A stretch of DNA of 64,000 nucleotides from Raillietiella orientalis (taxonomy: Eukaryota). Positions within the stretch are counted from its first letter, which is position 1, and each line of letters opens with the position of its first letter. This document shows positions 37,301 to 50,200 of this stretch, piece after piece. The notes below the pieces were generated by a model. That model was not told where the DNA came from. It searched no databases and saw only the letters and a program-made list of their open reading frames with translations. Both the position numbers and the translations under genes were made by a program. The stretch is taken from positions 1,054,001 to 1,118,000 of the forward strand of contig JAYWIR010000021.1 in assembly GCA_036172245.1 (NCBI GenBank), written 5' to 3'.

Positions 37301-40300
37301 GGGAGGGAGGGAGGACAGCAACGGAAATGGGGAGGGGAGGAACGGTGAGGCTCTTTCCTTCCCCTCCCCCCGACTCCAATTCCTCCCTTCCCTTCTCCCG
37401 CCACTGCACTCTTTCCCAGAAAGGGATCCTCCTCGGGAAGCAAGGAAGGGAGGGGTAGGGGGTCGCTCCTTCTCGTTTCCTTCCGGGCAACCCACTGCCT
37501 CCCTCACGAATCGTACCCCTCCTCGCTTTTTTTTTTTTTTTTTTCAGCCCCACTCTCCCTTCCTCCCGAGAAAACGGCACGCGCCCTCCTCTCCCGGAGC
37601 GGTAGGCCACGCAAGCTGCCCGCAGGTGGTCGGTGGGATCCGCGCGCCTGGTTTCCTAGCAACCCCAGCTCTCCCTCCTTCCCCTGCTTCCCTTTCCCCA
37701 CCTGGGGAGCTCGTTTCCGTCTCCCCTCTTCCGTCCCCGCTCAACCTCTCTCTCTCCCGATTCCTGGGCTTCTTCTCGGTGTCCCCTAGGAAGTTCCTTC
37801 CTGGAGGGAGAGACACCGGAAACGGAACCGCGACGAAAGGGGGAATGGAGAAAGGGAAGAAGAGGGAGGTGCTGCCGCGTCGCCGCTCCCTCGAGCGCGG
37901 AATTCCTCCCAGAACGCCGGCGGCCGCCCCCTGTTGAGGGGCGGACGGTGACCCCGTGAGGAACAGCGGCGGTAGGGCCTCTTTGATGTGGGTGGTGGTG
38001 GTGGCGAGGAAAGCAACAGAGAGCGGAAGAGTGGGGCGAAGACGCCCCGGGCCTTCTCCAGGTCACGACCTCTCAGAGGCCCCTCGGGGCAGGAAAGAAT
38101 GGGATCTCCGCGGGTCCGACGACCCTGCCCTCCAGCATGCGGGCATGGGCAGTCCCCGGCCACTCGTTCCGCCTGCCGCTTACCCTCTCGAGGCTTCACC
38201 CAACTTTCCGCTTCCCCTCCGAAGAGACCCACGAGCTCCTCTTCTTCCTGCATCCGGGTTTCCACCCGCCGGCGGCGAGGGTGTAGCATGAGCAGACCCA
38301 CCTCAAGGAAGCCTCAAGGTCATCCCCTTGCCCCCAGCCCACGCCATTTCCAGAGGTGCTCTCTGCAGGAGGGTCCGTCCGTCCACAGGTCGCTCCTTTC
38401 GTTCCCTTTCCCGAGCAGAGGAAGAATCCTCCGAGAGTGGGGGGCGGCTGCAGTGTTGTCTTGGATGCCCGAGGAAGGGGTGGAAAAGGGGAGGGAGACG
38501 AAGAAGCTGTGCGCCTTCACCAGCACCTCTCCCCTTCCCGGTGAGCTTCGCTGTCCTCCTGCTGCGAAGCCCACCGGTCCGGACTCCTCCTGCTCCTCAC
38601 CCTCCAGGAAGGGGAGGAGGTGCCGCCTCGGAACATCCCCTACCGAGGGGATCGTTTTCGGGGAACCGAGAGCGGGGTCGGAGAGGCTGGGAGTCTGGAC
38701 TACGAGGTGGAGGGGAAGGCGAGGAGACGAGGGGGGGGGGGGGGGAGACGAGCGAGCCAGGGCGCCGGGATGCAGGCGGAGTGCTGCTGCAGAAGAGCCA
38801 CCTGACCCTGAAAGGAGAGGGGCTGTGAGAAGCACAGGGGGCGGGAGGGGAGGGGAGGGGAAATGGGAGAGGGACACCTTGAGGACTCCTTTCCTCTCAG
38901 CTTCCGAAGGGTACTCGGAGCTCCTAGACTGAGGGAACGTCGGGTGTTCCCAAGGGGCGACTTCTTGGGGCGCCTCTCGATTTGCGTCGGGAGTTGGGGG
39001 GTAAGGCGAAGGGACGAAGGAGAAGGAAGAGCGGGCACGTATGAGGGAGGGACTCTGCTCTCCAGGTGTGGCGTCCCTCGAGGATATTTCCTTGGGAGAG
39101 CGGACGCCTTCGCGAGGCGGAGGAGAAGGAGGGAGACCCGAGACCCCCCCGTTCCTCCCAAGGGGAGAGAGTCCCGCAGCGCGGCGGCAGGAACCCCGGA
39201 AGAGGAGGAGGTTCAACGGGACTCGGGCGGAGGAGGAGCGACCGATTCCCGGTGGAAGATAAGGGAACGATTTCACGGAGGACCGCGCGTCTCGCGTCCC
39301 GCTCCTCCCTCGCTTCTTCCCTCCCTTCCCGGAGACGTCCGTGGAATGACGTCGGGACTTACGCCGCCGAAGATGACCGCCACATTTCTCCAGAGTCCTG
39401 GGGAGATTTTGGGAGATCTTCCATCGCACGGACGGGCGGTCTTCGCTCTCCATAAGGGCCGGGACGCGGAGTCATCGCATCCCGAATAAGGGAGGGAGAG
39501 GGAGGGGGGTGAAATGTCTTTATTCGTTTGTATTTTTCTCCTTTCGTCCATCTTCTCTTTCTCCTCCTACCCCCTCCCCCTTTCTCCTGTTCCGGCGGAG
39601 GAGGAGATGGCTGCAACATGATGACGCGCGATATCATCCGAAGGCAATCTCGGGGGATCGTTCGGCGCGCCGATCAATGCGGGGGGAAAGCGGCGTAAAC
39701 GCCCGGGATCAAATTTATGGACCAGATTCGAGGAGAGCATTTGTTAGCGTCGAGGCCGAGGAAGCTGGGGATCAATGCGCGGGATGCCTCCTCGGAGCGG
39801 GGGCGACGGACAGGGACCTTCCGGGTGCGCGCGCCCAGAGCTGGCTCGTTCCCTCCTCCCCCATACCACCTCCACCGCCAGGGTTTCCCTCCTCCCGCGC
39901 CCTCCGTTTCGTGGAGGCGGCGGCGGCGGCGGCGGCGGCGCCGAGAGTGGTGGGCGGCTCGGCGGCGGCGCGCGGCCTGCGGAGCAGACCACGGCAAGGG
40001 AAGAGCAGGGCTCCTCCAGGAGAGGCTGCATGCCCGCAAGTTCCGTCCTCCCACCCCACTCTATGGTCTTCGGGTCTCGGCGGCATTCCCATCGGAAACG
40101 CCGAACCGTCTTCCTCCCGTCCTCCGTCCCGCAGGCTCGCGTTCCGAACGTCTGTGGCGCCCCCCCTTCGCTTTCTCTTCCTCCTCCTCTTCCCGCTCCT
40201 CGGCTCACGCGCTGCCGCTGCTGCTCCGGGAAGCCTCCTCCGCGCCTGCTGCGACCCTGCGTTCCCGCGTTCCTGGACGAGCGCATATCAGCTTTCCCTC

Positions 40301-41399
40301 GTGATCTGGCAAGGGTTCTCTCGCGTTCCGCTTTTCTTTCCTCGCTCCTGCAGAGCCTGCGGCGGCAGCAACGACCCTCATCAGTGACTGGGAGAAAGGG
40401 AGGAAGAGGCCCCGTTGCCTCGGGGGAGGTGAAGGGTGACGACCACTTCCCATCGCTCCTGACACCAAGCCACCCCGGTGATCCTCTCCTTTCCAGCGTA
40501 GGATCCGCCTCCTCGTTGCCGGGCGTCGCCTCCCAGAGAGTGGGTGGGGAGAAGGGCGCGCGTTTCGAGGAGGAAACGGCACCCTAAAGAGGATCACCGT
40601 TTCCTGCTCCCTTTTCCGGTCATCCTTCCGGTCCCCTCGTGGAGGACCTCCTGTAAGGACACGGCGGACAACCTCTGGGACCGCTAGGAGCGAATGCTGG
40701 GCAGGCCGTCCTGAGGACCCGCTAGCAAGAATCCCAGGAATCTGGCAGTTGACGCCTCCCCCGATGGTCAGCCAATCTCCTTGAGACCACGCGTGTTTCC
40801 CTTCTGCTTGCCTGGAGGGGGCCTCTCCCCCTGCCCGAGAGTGATCTCGCGCGCAGGTATTCCCTCCTCCCCCTTTCCCGTTTTCCTCCTCTCTCTCTTT
40901 CCTTCTTCTCCCCTTCTCATTCCCTCTCATGGGCGGCGGGAATGGGGAGCAGCTCTTCGACTCCATCGCCTCCTCCCGTCTCTTTCTTAGGCGCCGCAAG
41001 CCGAACCTGCACGTCGAGGGAAGAGCCCAGGAAGTTCGTGCAGGTTGCAAGGGAAATCGGGAGAAGGAGGGGAGACGAAAAGGGGAAGTAGGTAGCTGCT
41101 GCTGTCCCCGCCGCTGCGGGCAAGGAGGATCCAGTCGTGACTGCCCTCATTCCCTGTTCCCGTCAAGTGTGGGGGGGGGTCGGGATGCATCCGCTCGCCC
41201 CTTCACTTTCCTTCCATTTCGAGAGGCATGCGGCATCCACAACAGCTCCCCCCACCCGCATCTTTCCTTCTCCCTCTCTCCCAAGTGTCTTCCCTGAGGC
41301 GTGGGAGGAGAGCATCCAGCCAGGAAAGCGGATTCAGGAGGGTTTCTTTCTGATACTCCGGAAAAGAGGAGGCTGAAAAGGAAGAAGACAAAGGGTAAG

Positions 41400-44250
41400 G
41401 GTTGAGAAAGGAATCCTTTCAGGGCATCGAAGGCATGCCCACTGACCTCCAAGGCTGCGTGACCCGAAGACCACCCGCCCGGAAGGGGAGTGGTGACGCT
41501 GACCCGAGAAGTGAGGCAAAACGCGTGTACTTGTTTGTCCTTTTGTCTTTGTTTTCAACAGTCCCATGCGGCCGGTGCATAGGGGAAAAGTCATGGAGGA
41601 CCGGACGGCGGGCTAAGGTTCCTGGGAGGGGACTTTCGAGATGACGGAGGTAGAGGGAGGTCTTTGGCGCAAGCACTATCTGGGCAGGGTCAGCCTTCCT
41701 TCCTGATGAGGCAGCCTGGAGAGAGAGAGAGAGAGTAGGGGTAAACGACGCTTCCGCAGACTACGGCTTCCTTCCCTTCCCCCTTCCTCCCCCTCGCGGA
41801 TTCAATTCCTCCACCTTTCCTTCCTCCCTCGCGAGGACCTGCTGGCTGCGTCCAGCGGCTTGCGCGGAACCGTTCCCGGAATCCAGCCCAGGAGACGGAG
41901 CGCCTTCGTACCTGAAGGCAGGAGAAGCGGTCCCTGGGGCTCCTGTAGGCAAAGGAGGGGAAGAGGAGGAAGGAGCTCCTTGGAAGAGTCAGAGAAAACT
42001 TTTTTGCATTTTCGCTGGCGGGCAAAGGACTGGGAGCTCCTCCATGGAAGAAGAAGAGCCAATTATCCATCCCTTCCCGTGGAGACCCTCCCCAGGAAGA
42101 CCGGAAGCTCCTGGGACCATTAGAGCCTGGTTCTTGGACCTGGGCAAGGAGGGAGAGGGAGGTCAGGAGTGAACTCCTGGCCCAGCACGACTGGTCATCC
42201 TTTCCCCCTCCTCCTACTCACCACGGCAACTAGTGAATCTTCTGACTGCAGCTTCCGGCCCCGAGTCAGCTTCTGGACACCAACCTCATCCTGTGCTCGA
42301 TTCCCGCCATTCTCAGCAGCTCTTAGCCTGCTGGCCACCCAGGTGAGGCAGATGGTGGCTGCCTAGGGTCTGAGGACCTCACTGGTTAACGTAGAAAAAA
42401 CAAGGTTTCGGGCCGCGCCGTCCTTGGAGGAATTGCCAGCATCACTTTGGTGACTGGCCGGACACCCATGATCCTGCAGCAGGAGGAGGCTGCAGTCTTG
42501 ATCCCGGGAACCATGGAAACGCTTTCTGGAGATGCTGGGAGAGCCGTCGGAAAACGTTCCTCTCTCCCTCCTGTCCGTGGATCCGACTTGCTCTTCTGTG
42601 ACTCAGTGTCCTCGGAAACAACCTGCGAGCCAGCTGAGTCCAACGATCCAGCAGCTCTGGATCGCAGGAAGGGGACGCCTGCCCTGAGGCACCAGGGAAC
42701 GGCTCGTGGAATCTGTAGTGTGGGCCAGGGATCTCCAGAAAGGCGGGTTCAGGAAAGTCTGGATCTGTTATCACCACGCCGCGTCTTCCTTTGCCTGGCC
42801 TGCCAGGACGGCCTGCTGCACCGCTCGCGCGTGGAAGGGAAGGAGACGCGGGGACGATGCATCTGCGGAGGGTCCAGAGTGGGAGAGAGGAGCGGTCCAC
42901 CGATCAGGACGCAGGCGGGGGTCGTGGGCGGCGAATCGTGAGATCTTTCACCAGGCAACTGTGAGGAGGTGAGCCAGGGGCTTCTTTTTTACCACGGTGG
43001 ATGTAGTGGCCAAGTGTCCCGCTCTCCCCTTGGACGCTCACGTAGGAAGCTCTTTCAAAGATTCGGAAAGCAGCGCTGTGAACATCTCGTCCTACAGGAC
43101 TCCATCCCGTGTATTCCGCAGGGACATCCTTGTCAACGAGAGGGAGTCTCGTGTTCCGAAGAGAGGCGCCGCAGTTCCCTGCGCATTCGACTACACCGGA
43201 CGCAGCAGTGGAGGTTTTTCCTGCTGTCTTCCCCTTTCAGTAGACGAGGAAGAATGGACTCTGGGGAAATCCTCCACAAACGTCCGCTCCTGAAGCGCGG
43301 TCTTCATTTCGAAGGGGGGACCGGCTGCGGAACGAAGGCAGCGTGCGAGCGCTGCCTCGAAGGTCGGGGCAGCCCCAGGACACGCCTGCACTCGCGGACA
43401 GGCGAAAGGACTGCCTCCAGTCCGGGCACGAGCGTGCAAGAAGACAAAGCACTTGGGAAGGGGCAGATAGATTCTTGTTTCCTGGGGGCGCCGATGTGCC
43501 CGCTCCTTCAACGGAATTCCAGGAGAGTCGCTCGCGGATCGGGAACGCCCCTGAGTTTGCTCGTGTGGGGGAGAGCGGAAGAGGAAGGGCGCTTGTTTGG
43601 GAGCGAGCGAGCGTTCCGTTCCCGAAACCGGAGAGGTCAGCGGAGAAGGAAGGGTCTTTATTCAGCACCCTTCGGCATCCCTGGCCCCAGCAGCTCGTTC
43701 CTCCTGTAGTGAAGACTGCGGGCGAAGGAGCGAGTCCCTCATGCTTTCGAGGAACAGGAGGAAGGCAGGAGAGACGGGAACCTAGGATCCCGTCTTCCTC
43801 TCGTTGTCCCCGGCGCATTCTTCCACACTGCGTCATCTCAGACTCCTCCACTCCCCCAGTCGCGCAGATACTCCAGTCCTGCTATCGTGTACACGCTGAC
43901 ATGAGCACAAAACGGTAGAGTACAAGAGCGCGGAGCTGCTTCTGGACGCGCCCTTCTTGCCCTCAACTCGAACGCAGCTGCTGCGGTGCCGGCCGTGGCT
44001 CTCCATCCACAACCTGCCTTCTCCAGGAGATCGTCCTGCATCCCACCAAGCGTGGGTAAGCAGGGAAAAAAAACGCTCGCCGCGGGCTGCTCTCCCTGAG
44101 GAAGCACATGGGCAGCGACATACCGGACAAATGGGAAGAAGTTTTCTGTGAAACCACCTCCAGGTGCAGGACGGCAGGTGGTTGGACCAGCTGACACACG
44201 CTGCGACCCCGAGTGCCCTGCAGACAGGACTTTTGCGCTGGGGTGAGCTG
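41400..44250 (+). mobile_element. highly decayed non-LTR retrotransposon, R2-like/RLE clade
   Basis: Broken motifs in the expected order: LLSLFSTV (~RPISL), GDFRDDG (~QxGFRxxDG), GHPFPLLL (~QGDPLSPLLF), LPLDAHVG..NISSYRT (~WLxLPxD..GGLGIPS), VAQILQSCYRVH (~HILQxCxRTH), VQDGRWLD. Stops and frameshifts throughout; boundaries approximate. Confidence 0.45.
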
Positions 44251-47200
44251 CTGCCCAGATCTCGCGTGGCCCCCAGCGCTCCTGAACAACCGCACCCTCC
44301 CTCTCTCCCAAGTGGAGGGAGTCTGCGCTCCTGCTGTTGCTCTGGGGCCTTCCATGCAACGCCCGGCGACATCACTGGACCCGGAGGAGAGGGGGATGAG
44401 CCCGCCGGAACTGCAGCAGGAGCGGAAAACGCGAGTCCCTCCTCCACCTGCTCGTGGGCCGCCTTGCCGTGCGACGTTTGCGGGTCCTCACCGCAGGACG
44501 ACTCTCCGGACAGCCCCACAACGGTGGCGACTCCAGGGACGCACGGAAACCCTTCTTCGTGCGCGGCGCATTGCCGCCGGCCGCATCCCCAGCAGCCCTT
44601 TGCTGCACGCAGGATTGTGGCAGCCTAGAGCGACTCTAGAGGAGAAGGCCGCGCTAGGGATGCCATCCACTTAGCCCAACGTTTTTTGCGAAGGACGAGG
44701 AGGTTGCCCCACCTGAAGAAGATGCAAAAGGGACTTGCTGGCACTCTCGAGAGCATGCAGAGGACGGAAGCGATCCCCAGCAGGTTGTGACCCCTTCCCG
44801 TGACCCGCAAGTTATTTTCTTCCTGTTTCTATTTTTATTTTTATTTTTTTTCGCTTCTCCCCTGCCGTGGAGGTCGTCCTCTCCAGTCCGTGAGACGACT
44901 TCTCAGCAAGTCTGTAATAGTATGGACGTGGTAGGGTCACGTCCTTTGCATTGCTTATTTTTTTACTGAATGATCACCCCGGAGAACCCGGGCAAAAATC
45001 CACGATCCGCCTTCGTGGCAGCCGCCAAGTCTGCCACTTGGTGGCAGCACGACTGCTGAGCGCGCTGCATCCTCACCTCAGCCAAGGAGGGCGCACAGCC
45101 GCAGAGCGGCCGCAACGAGGGGTGGCACCGAGCGAGGACGCTGCCAACGTTGCCCAAGGAACTCATCCGGAAGGCAGAGCGGATCCGGGCGACTTCCGAC
45201 CCCTCCCTTCCTCATTATTTATGTCCTCCTTTGGACAAATGTGGGCCTCGTCGCCCGCTGCCGGAACGCGCTGCGGGACGTTTCTCCCCTGCCCAAGAAG
45301 CCTGCGGGGGGCTCTCCCTTGCTGTGGATGCTTAGCAAACCAAGGCCCGGGGGAAGCTGCGGGAGGACACTTTCCACTCCCGAATGCGCGGGGTCCTGCC
45401 GCGCTCACTCCTGGACACGTGCTCTAGTCGTGGGACCTGGGGTTCGTATCCCGGGCGCTCCAAAGCAAAGCTGGCGCAGAAATGAGAGAAACGTCCTCTG
45501 TGGCTCTGTATCCAGGGATGCTGCTGCCGCAGGCGTTTCGTAGTCACTCGGTAGATGACGGCGGCGGCAGCAGCAGCACCGGTGCACACAGAAGGACTCC
45601 TCTTGCAGGGACGGAGGGAAGCAAAAGCCCGCTCGTTGCCTGGTTTCCACGATGGACGACGGGAGCATAGGAGTTCCTCCTGGCACTGCCAGAACCAAAC
45701 AGACACAGCCCAGACAGACAGATGGTCTCCCTCCGTGACTTCTCCCGAAGCGAGGCACTCCCGGGATGGTAGGTCTCCCTCGCTAAGGCAGCGCGCGGTC
45801 GTCTTCCTCCCGTGAGAAGGCCGGGATTTGGAACGGCAGCTCGCGGGTGAGAAGGGTCAGAGCTGCTTCCCGGTCGCGGGAGGATCGAGATCGGGTACGA
45901 GGAGGCACCAACCATGGCCTCCTTTGCCACACGCAGCGATCGCACCCCCTAGGGCTGTTCCCTCGCGCTCCCATGCCGCCGCGTGCACCCAACATGCACG
46001 CGCCGCGCGAGCGAGTGAGGACCCGTCCGCACACTCCGGAGCGGCGCCGCAGCCTCCGGGAAGCGCGGTTGGGTTTCCCTCAGGCTCGCTCTGGCCTCGG
46101 AGCTGCTCGGGTGAGAGGGGAAAGCTAACGTTCGGTCCATTTGCCTCTCTGGATGCTTGGTCACGGGCGCGCGGAGATTCGCTGCTCCTGATCCGGCGCT
46201 TGAGGCGGAATCAGACGCTGATCTTTCGGGAGATCGCAATCGAGAGGAAGATAAGCTTCCAGCATCCGTCATGTGCGGAACAGGAAGGAAGGAAAGTGCG
46301 GGCGAGCAGCGAGGGAATCCTCCGGATTTCGTTCTGCTGCAGCGGCGGCGGAGGGGGGAACGGAAAGAGGGATGAAGGGAGAAGGAAGAGGTGAGCCGGA
46401 AGCTTATCTTTCCGTGGTACCGGGAACGAGGACGACCAGGATGCTGAGGAAGAGGGAAGACGAGGGCGAGCGCGAAGGCGGGGAAGAGGGGAAAGCCCCT
46501 CGCCTTCCAGCCGCGCAGGATCAAGGAAGGATGCAGGCGCGAGACTCCCGCGTCGTCTCAGGGAAACAAACCGCAGCTGCCCGAGCCGGATGATCCTTCC
46601 GTCTCTCGGAAGGACACGCGCATGAAACCGCAAGAAGCTGAGGCTCTTCGGGATTCCCGGCTCCTCGAGGGCTCTCCGTGTGGAGGATTCTCAGGGGCGG
46701 TTCCCGGGAAACGCGGAAAAGCCGCCTTCGAAGCGGGTCGGGGGAGAGACCGGCTGCCGGAGGCCCCCACGAGGACCCCCTGAAGACTCCTGCCAGGTCG
46801 GTTCCCAAGGTGTTCGGAAAGGAACGCGCTCTCGGGATGCCCGGAGGAAGGGAGACGGGATGCCTCCTTCCCGGAGGGTAGGACACGCGCTCGGGAGTCC
46901 CGGGGAACTTTCGGGATCAGGAAAGGTGATGAGGCCACGGGAGCAGGCCGCAGCCGTTTCCGCTTCCTCTTCTGAGGCCGCTGGCGCGCTCCCGCCCACG
47001 CGGGGAGAGCTCGGAGCGCGCGCGCCTCCGCCGCCGCTGTCGGTGAGAAGCTGCCGCTGCCATGGCGCCGTGCTCGCCTGGGGCATCGCGCCGCGTGGCG
47101 TGGGGGCTGCGGGTGGAGAAACCGCCAGAGGCCGTCCCACGTGTTCCCGACTACTTCCCCACCCACGTTCTTCCTCCGCGCACCCAGAAGTCCCTCTCGT

Positions 47201-50200
47201 TTTCGGGAGGGCCCCTGCATCGTCATTCCGTCGGAGGCGGCTTCCCCTCTCCGCTCTCCAGGTCCCGTCCCGACGCGCGCATCCCAGGGACCGAGATCCC
47301 GTGATCGGGAAGGCTTTTCCGGTCACGGGTCGGAGCTCGCTCCCTTCCCGCCCGCGACGTCGCCCGTGGGATAGTCTCTCGCGAGGACCAGGTGACAGCA
47401 GGACCGGGATGAGGAGGAGGAGGAGGAGGAGGAGGAGAGGAAGGAGAGTGGCTCTCTCCTGGATGCACTGTCTTGCACAGAGAGACGTTGATGTACCGCA
47501 GACGCCTCCCAGAGGTGACTCTCGCCGGCTGCAGGAGACGCCGAGGCTGTCCCCCCCCCCCCCCTCCTTCTTCGTTTCCAGGACGCCGGGATCACGTGAG
47601 AGAGGGGCAGCAGTTCCTCTTCTGAGCCCGGTCTTCCCGGTCGCATGTGGCTGCGGCGGAGGAAGAGGAGGGGAAGGAAACTCTAAGCAGGGAGCGCATC
47701 CGCCCGCCATTGGCTGCTACGGTCCGGAGAAGAGGAAGGATCTGGACCAGAGAGGGGATGCGCCGGGAAGAGCGCGAGAAGGAAGGAAATAGGGGAGGAA
47801 AAAAAAAAAAGGGGGGGAAAGGAGAGAGACGCTGCTGCCAGCTTCCAGGAGTGGCGTCGTGGGCTAAGGGGAGTCTCCCGGGACACACCGCGGGCCGCCA
47901 TCCCGCAGGAGATCTGAAGGGCGCGCCCCCGAGTACGCTCCGCGGCGCTCTCGATGTGCAAGTGAATGGGGCAGAGGGGAGGGGAGGAGGAAAGGACGGT
48001 TCTCTGCTTTGCCCCTGGGTCCGATGGGTCCTTTCTTTGCCCTTTCCCTCCCTGCCATTCTGTAGGGATGGTTCGGATGCTGCTCTCCGCTCGAAATGGA
48101 TGACGCACCTCCGGGACGTCCCCGCCGGCCCCGAGCGACGATGGCGACGCTCCTCGGGAGCGCCACTGAGCCCTCCTTCGCGCCCATCCCCTGCGCGCAA
48201 GCACGAAGGGGGAGGGGAAGGGCAGGGAGCGGAGGGGGGGGGGGGGAAAGAAGGCCACGATCGCTCTGATTTATGGTTTCCATGGAGGCAAGCATCGTTT
48301 CCTCAATTTGCCATTAGGGGAGAGTGCGCGAAGACGAGATCGAGAGGGGGAGACGACGGCAGCCCGGAGATAAAGGGACTCAGCGGGAAGGCGGAGGGAT
48401 ACGCTTTCGGCAGGAGCGAAAGGCGGCGCAGGAACGCGGGGAGCCCCGTTTTTTTTCTTCTTCGGTGCTCGCCCCGGGCCGTTTCGCTGACTCCCGCCCT
48501 CCTCTGGTGATCCGCCAGAGCGTGCCCCGCCGTGCGGGCGGCCGTAGAGGGCACGGACGGGGCCGGGGCAGCAGCAGCTGGGTGGACTGACCTGTCCTCC
48601 CCCTCCTTTCGGTCGGGGACTTCGTGGAAAAGGAACCTAACCTCCCTCCCTCCCTCCCTCCCTCCCTGCCCCCCTCCTGGCCGTCCGAGCGACCCCAGCG
48701 AAGGAGTCCCTCGGGAAGAGCTGGATGAGGGGAGGAGGAAGGGAGGTAGGTAGGGAGGAGGAAAAGGGGGCGGCGGTCGCGTGTGCGGGAACCGGGAAGG
48801 ACGTGTGGCATCCCCTTCCCTTCTTCCTTTCCCGCCCCTTTGCCACAGGACTTCGGCCCCGTGCAGTTGGAAGTGTGCGCCCGGTGAGGAAGGCGGTCCG
48901 AGGGTGGACGACGGCTCCTTATCTTTTTCTTTTTTTTTTTTCTTCTCCTTTTTTTCCTCCTCCCTCCCCTTCCCTCCCCTCGACTCCCCCGACGCTCGCA
49001 GTGATCGGTCCCTGCCGGAAGGAACCGCGCGCGCGTTTTCCTCCCGTGCCTTTCCCCCTCGCCCGCCCGTTTCTCCCTCCCCTCCTCCTCCCCCCTTGTT
49101 CCCGTTCTGGTCTGCAGTTTCCTAGGCAACGCTCGAACCGCCCGAATCGCTGCTGTCAGGGAGGGAGGGAGGGACGCGGAGAAGGAAGGACGTCCAGCAT
49201 CGTCCCCCCGGTCCACGTCGTCGCGGAGGGGGAGAAACGGGAAACCCTCTCTTTCCAAGTTCTTGCTGCTCTCCCGCGGTTCCCGCAGGAGGAGGAGAAG
49301 GGGGGGAGGGGGAATCCGGGACGCGCACGCGGACGGACGGTTTCCAATTATCCCCTCGCATCTGGCGAAGGAGGGATAACAGGTCGCCGAGAGAGGGAGG
49401 GAGAGAGCTAGGGCGTGAGGGGGAGGAGGAGGAGAAGGCGCGACCTTGGGTTTTTATCTCGAGAGGTCCGGCGCTTCCGGCAGGGGAGGAGAGCTCTGGG
49501 ATGCTGCCGGGGCTTCCCCTCTGTTTGCTTTTGGGGATTAGGGGCAGCCGCGCCACCTCACCTCTTCGCCGCTTCCCCCTTCTCCCGATGGGGGAAGGGA
49601 GCAGCCGAGTCCCCACTCCACCTCCTCTCTACCTTTTCCCCCGCCCGCGCGGGGAAGCGCACACCCGGAGACGCAGGGGGATGCGGCTTCCAGGACTGCG
49701 CGCTCGCCTGGATGGGACGAGGAAGGGATGAAAAGTCCATCCCACCCTATTCACCCCCCCCCCCACCCCACCCCTCTTCTTCCTCCTCCTGCTTCCAGAC
49801 GGTCTCTCCCTCCCACTTGGCGGGATGCCATCCGCCGCATTCCTCCCTGGAGGCGAAGCGCGAGGGAGGGCAGCTGTCCTCTAGGAATGAGGAGGGGGAG
49901 TCCCATCCCGAATCGGCTTTCGGACGTTCGGGCGTTGTCGTGGGCAACCATCCCCCTGCAGACGGACTCTCCGTGCACGGAGGCAGCGGGATGGCGGGGC
50001 AAAGCACCTGTCACGCGGCGGGGGCGCGGAGGGAGGGAGGAAGGGAGAGAGGGGTGGGGGGGAGGGGAGGGAGAAGAAAGGAAGGAGAAAGGAAGGGGAG
50101 ATGGAAAGCCTGGACGGGCTCGGAGGGGAGAAAGGGGTGCAGTTGCGCACGCGCGCTGCTTCTTGCAGGGGACCCCCCCCCCCCCCCCGCCTTTGCGCCC

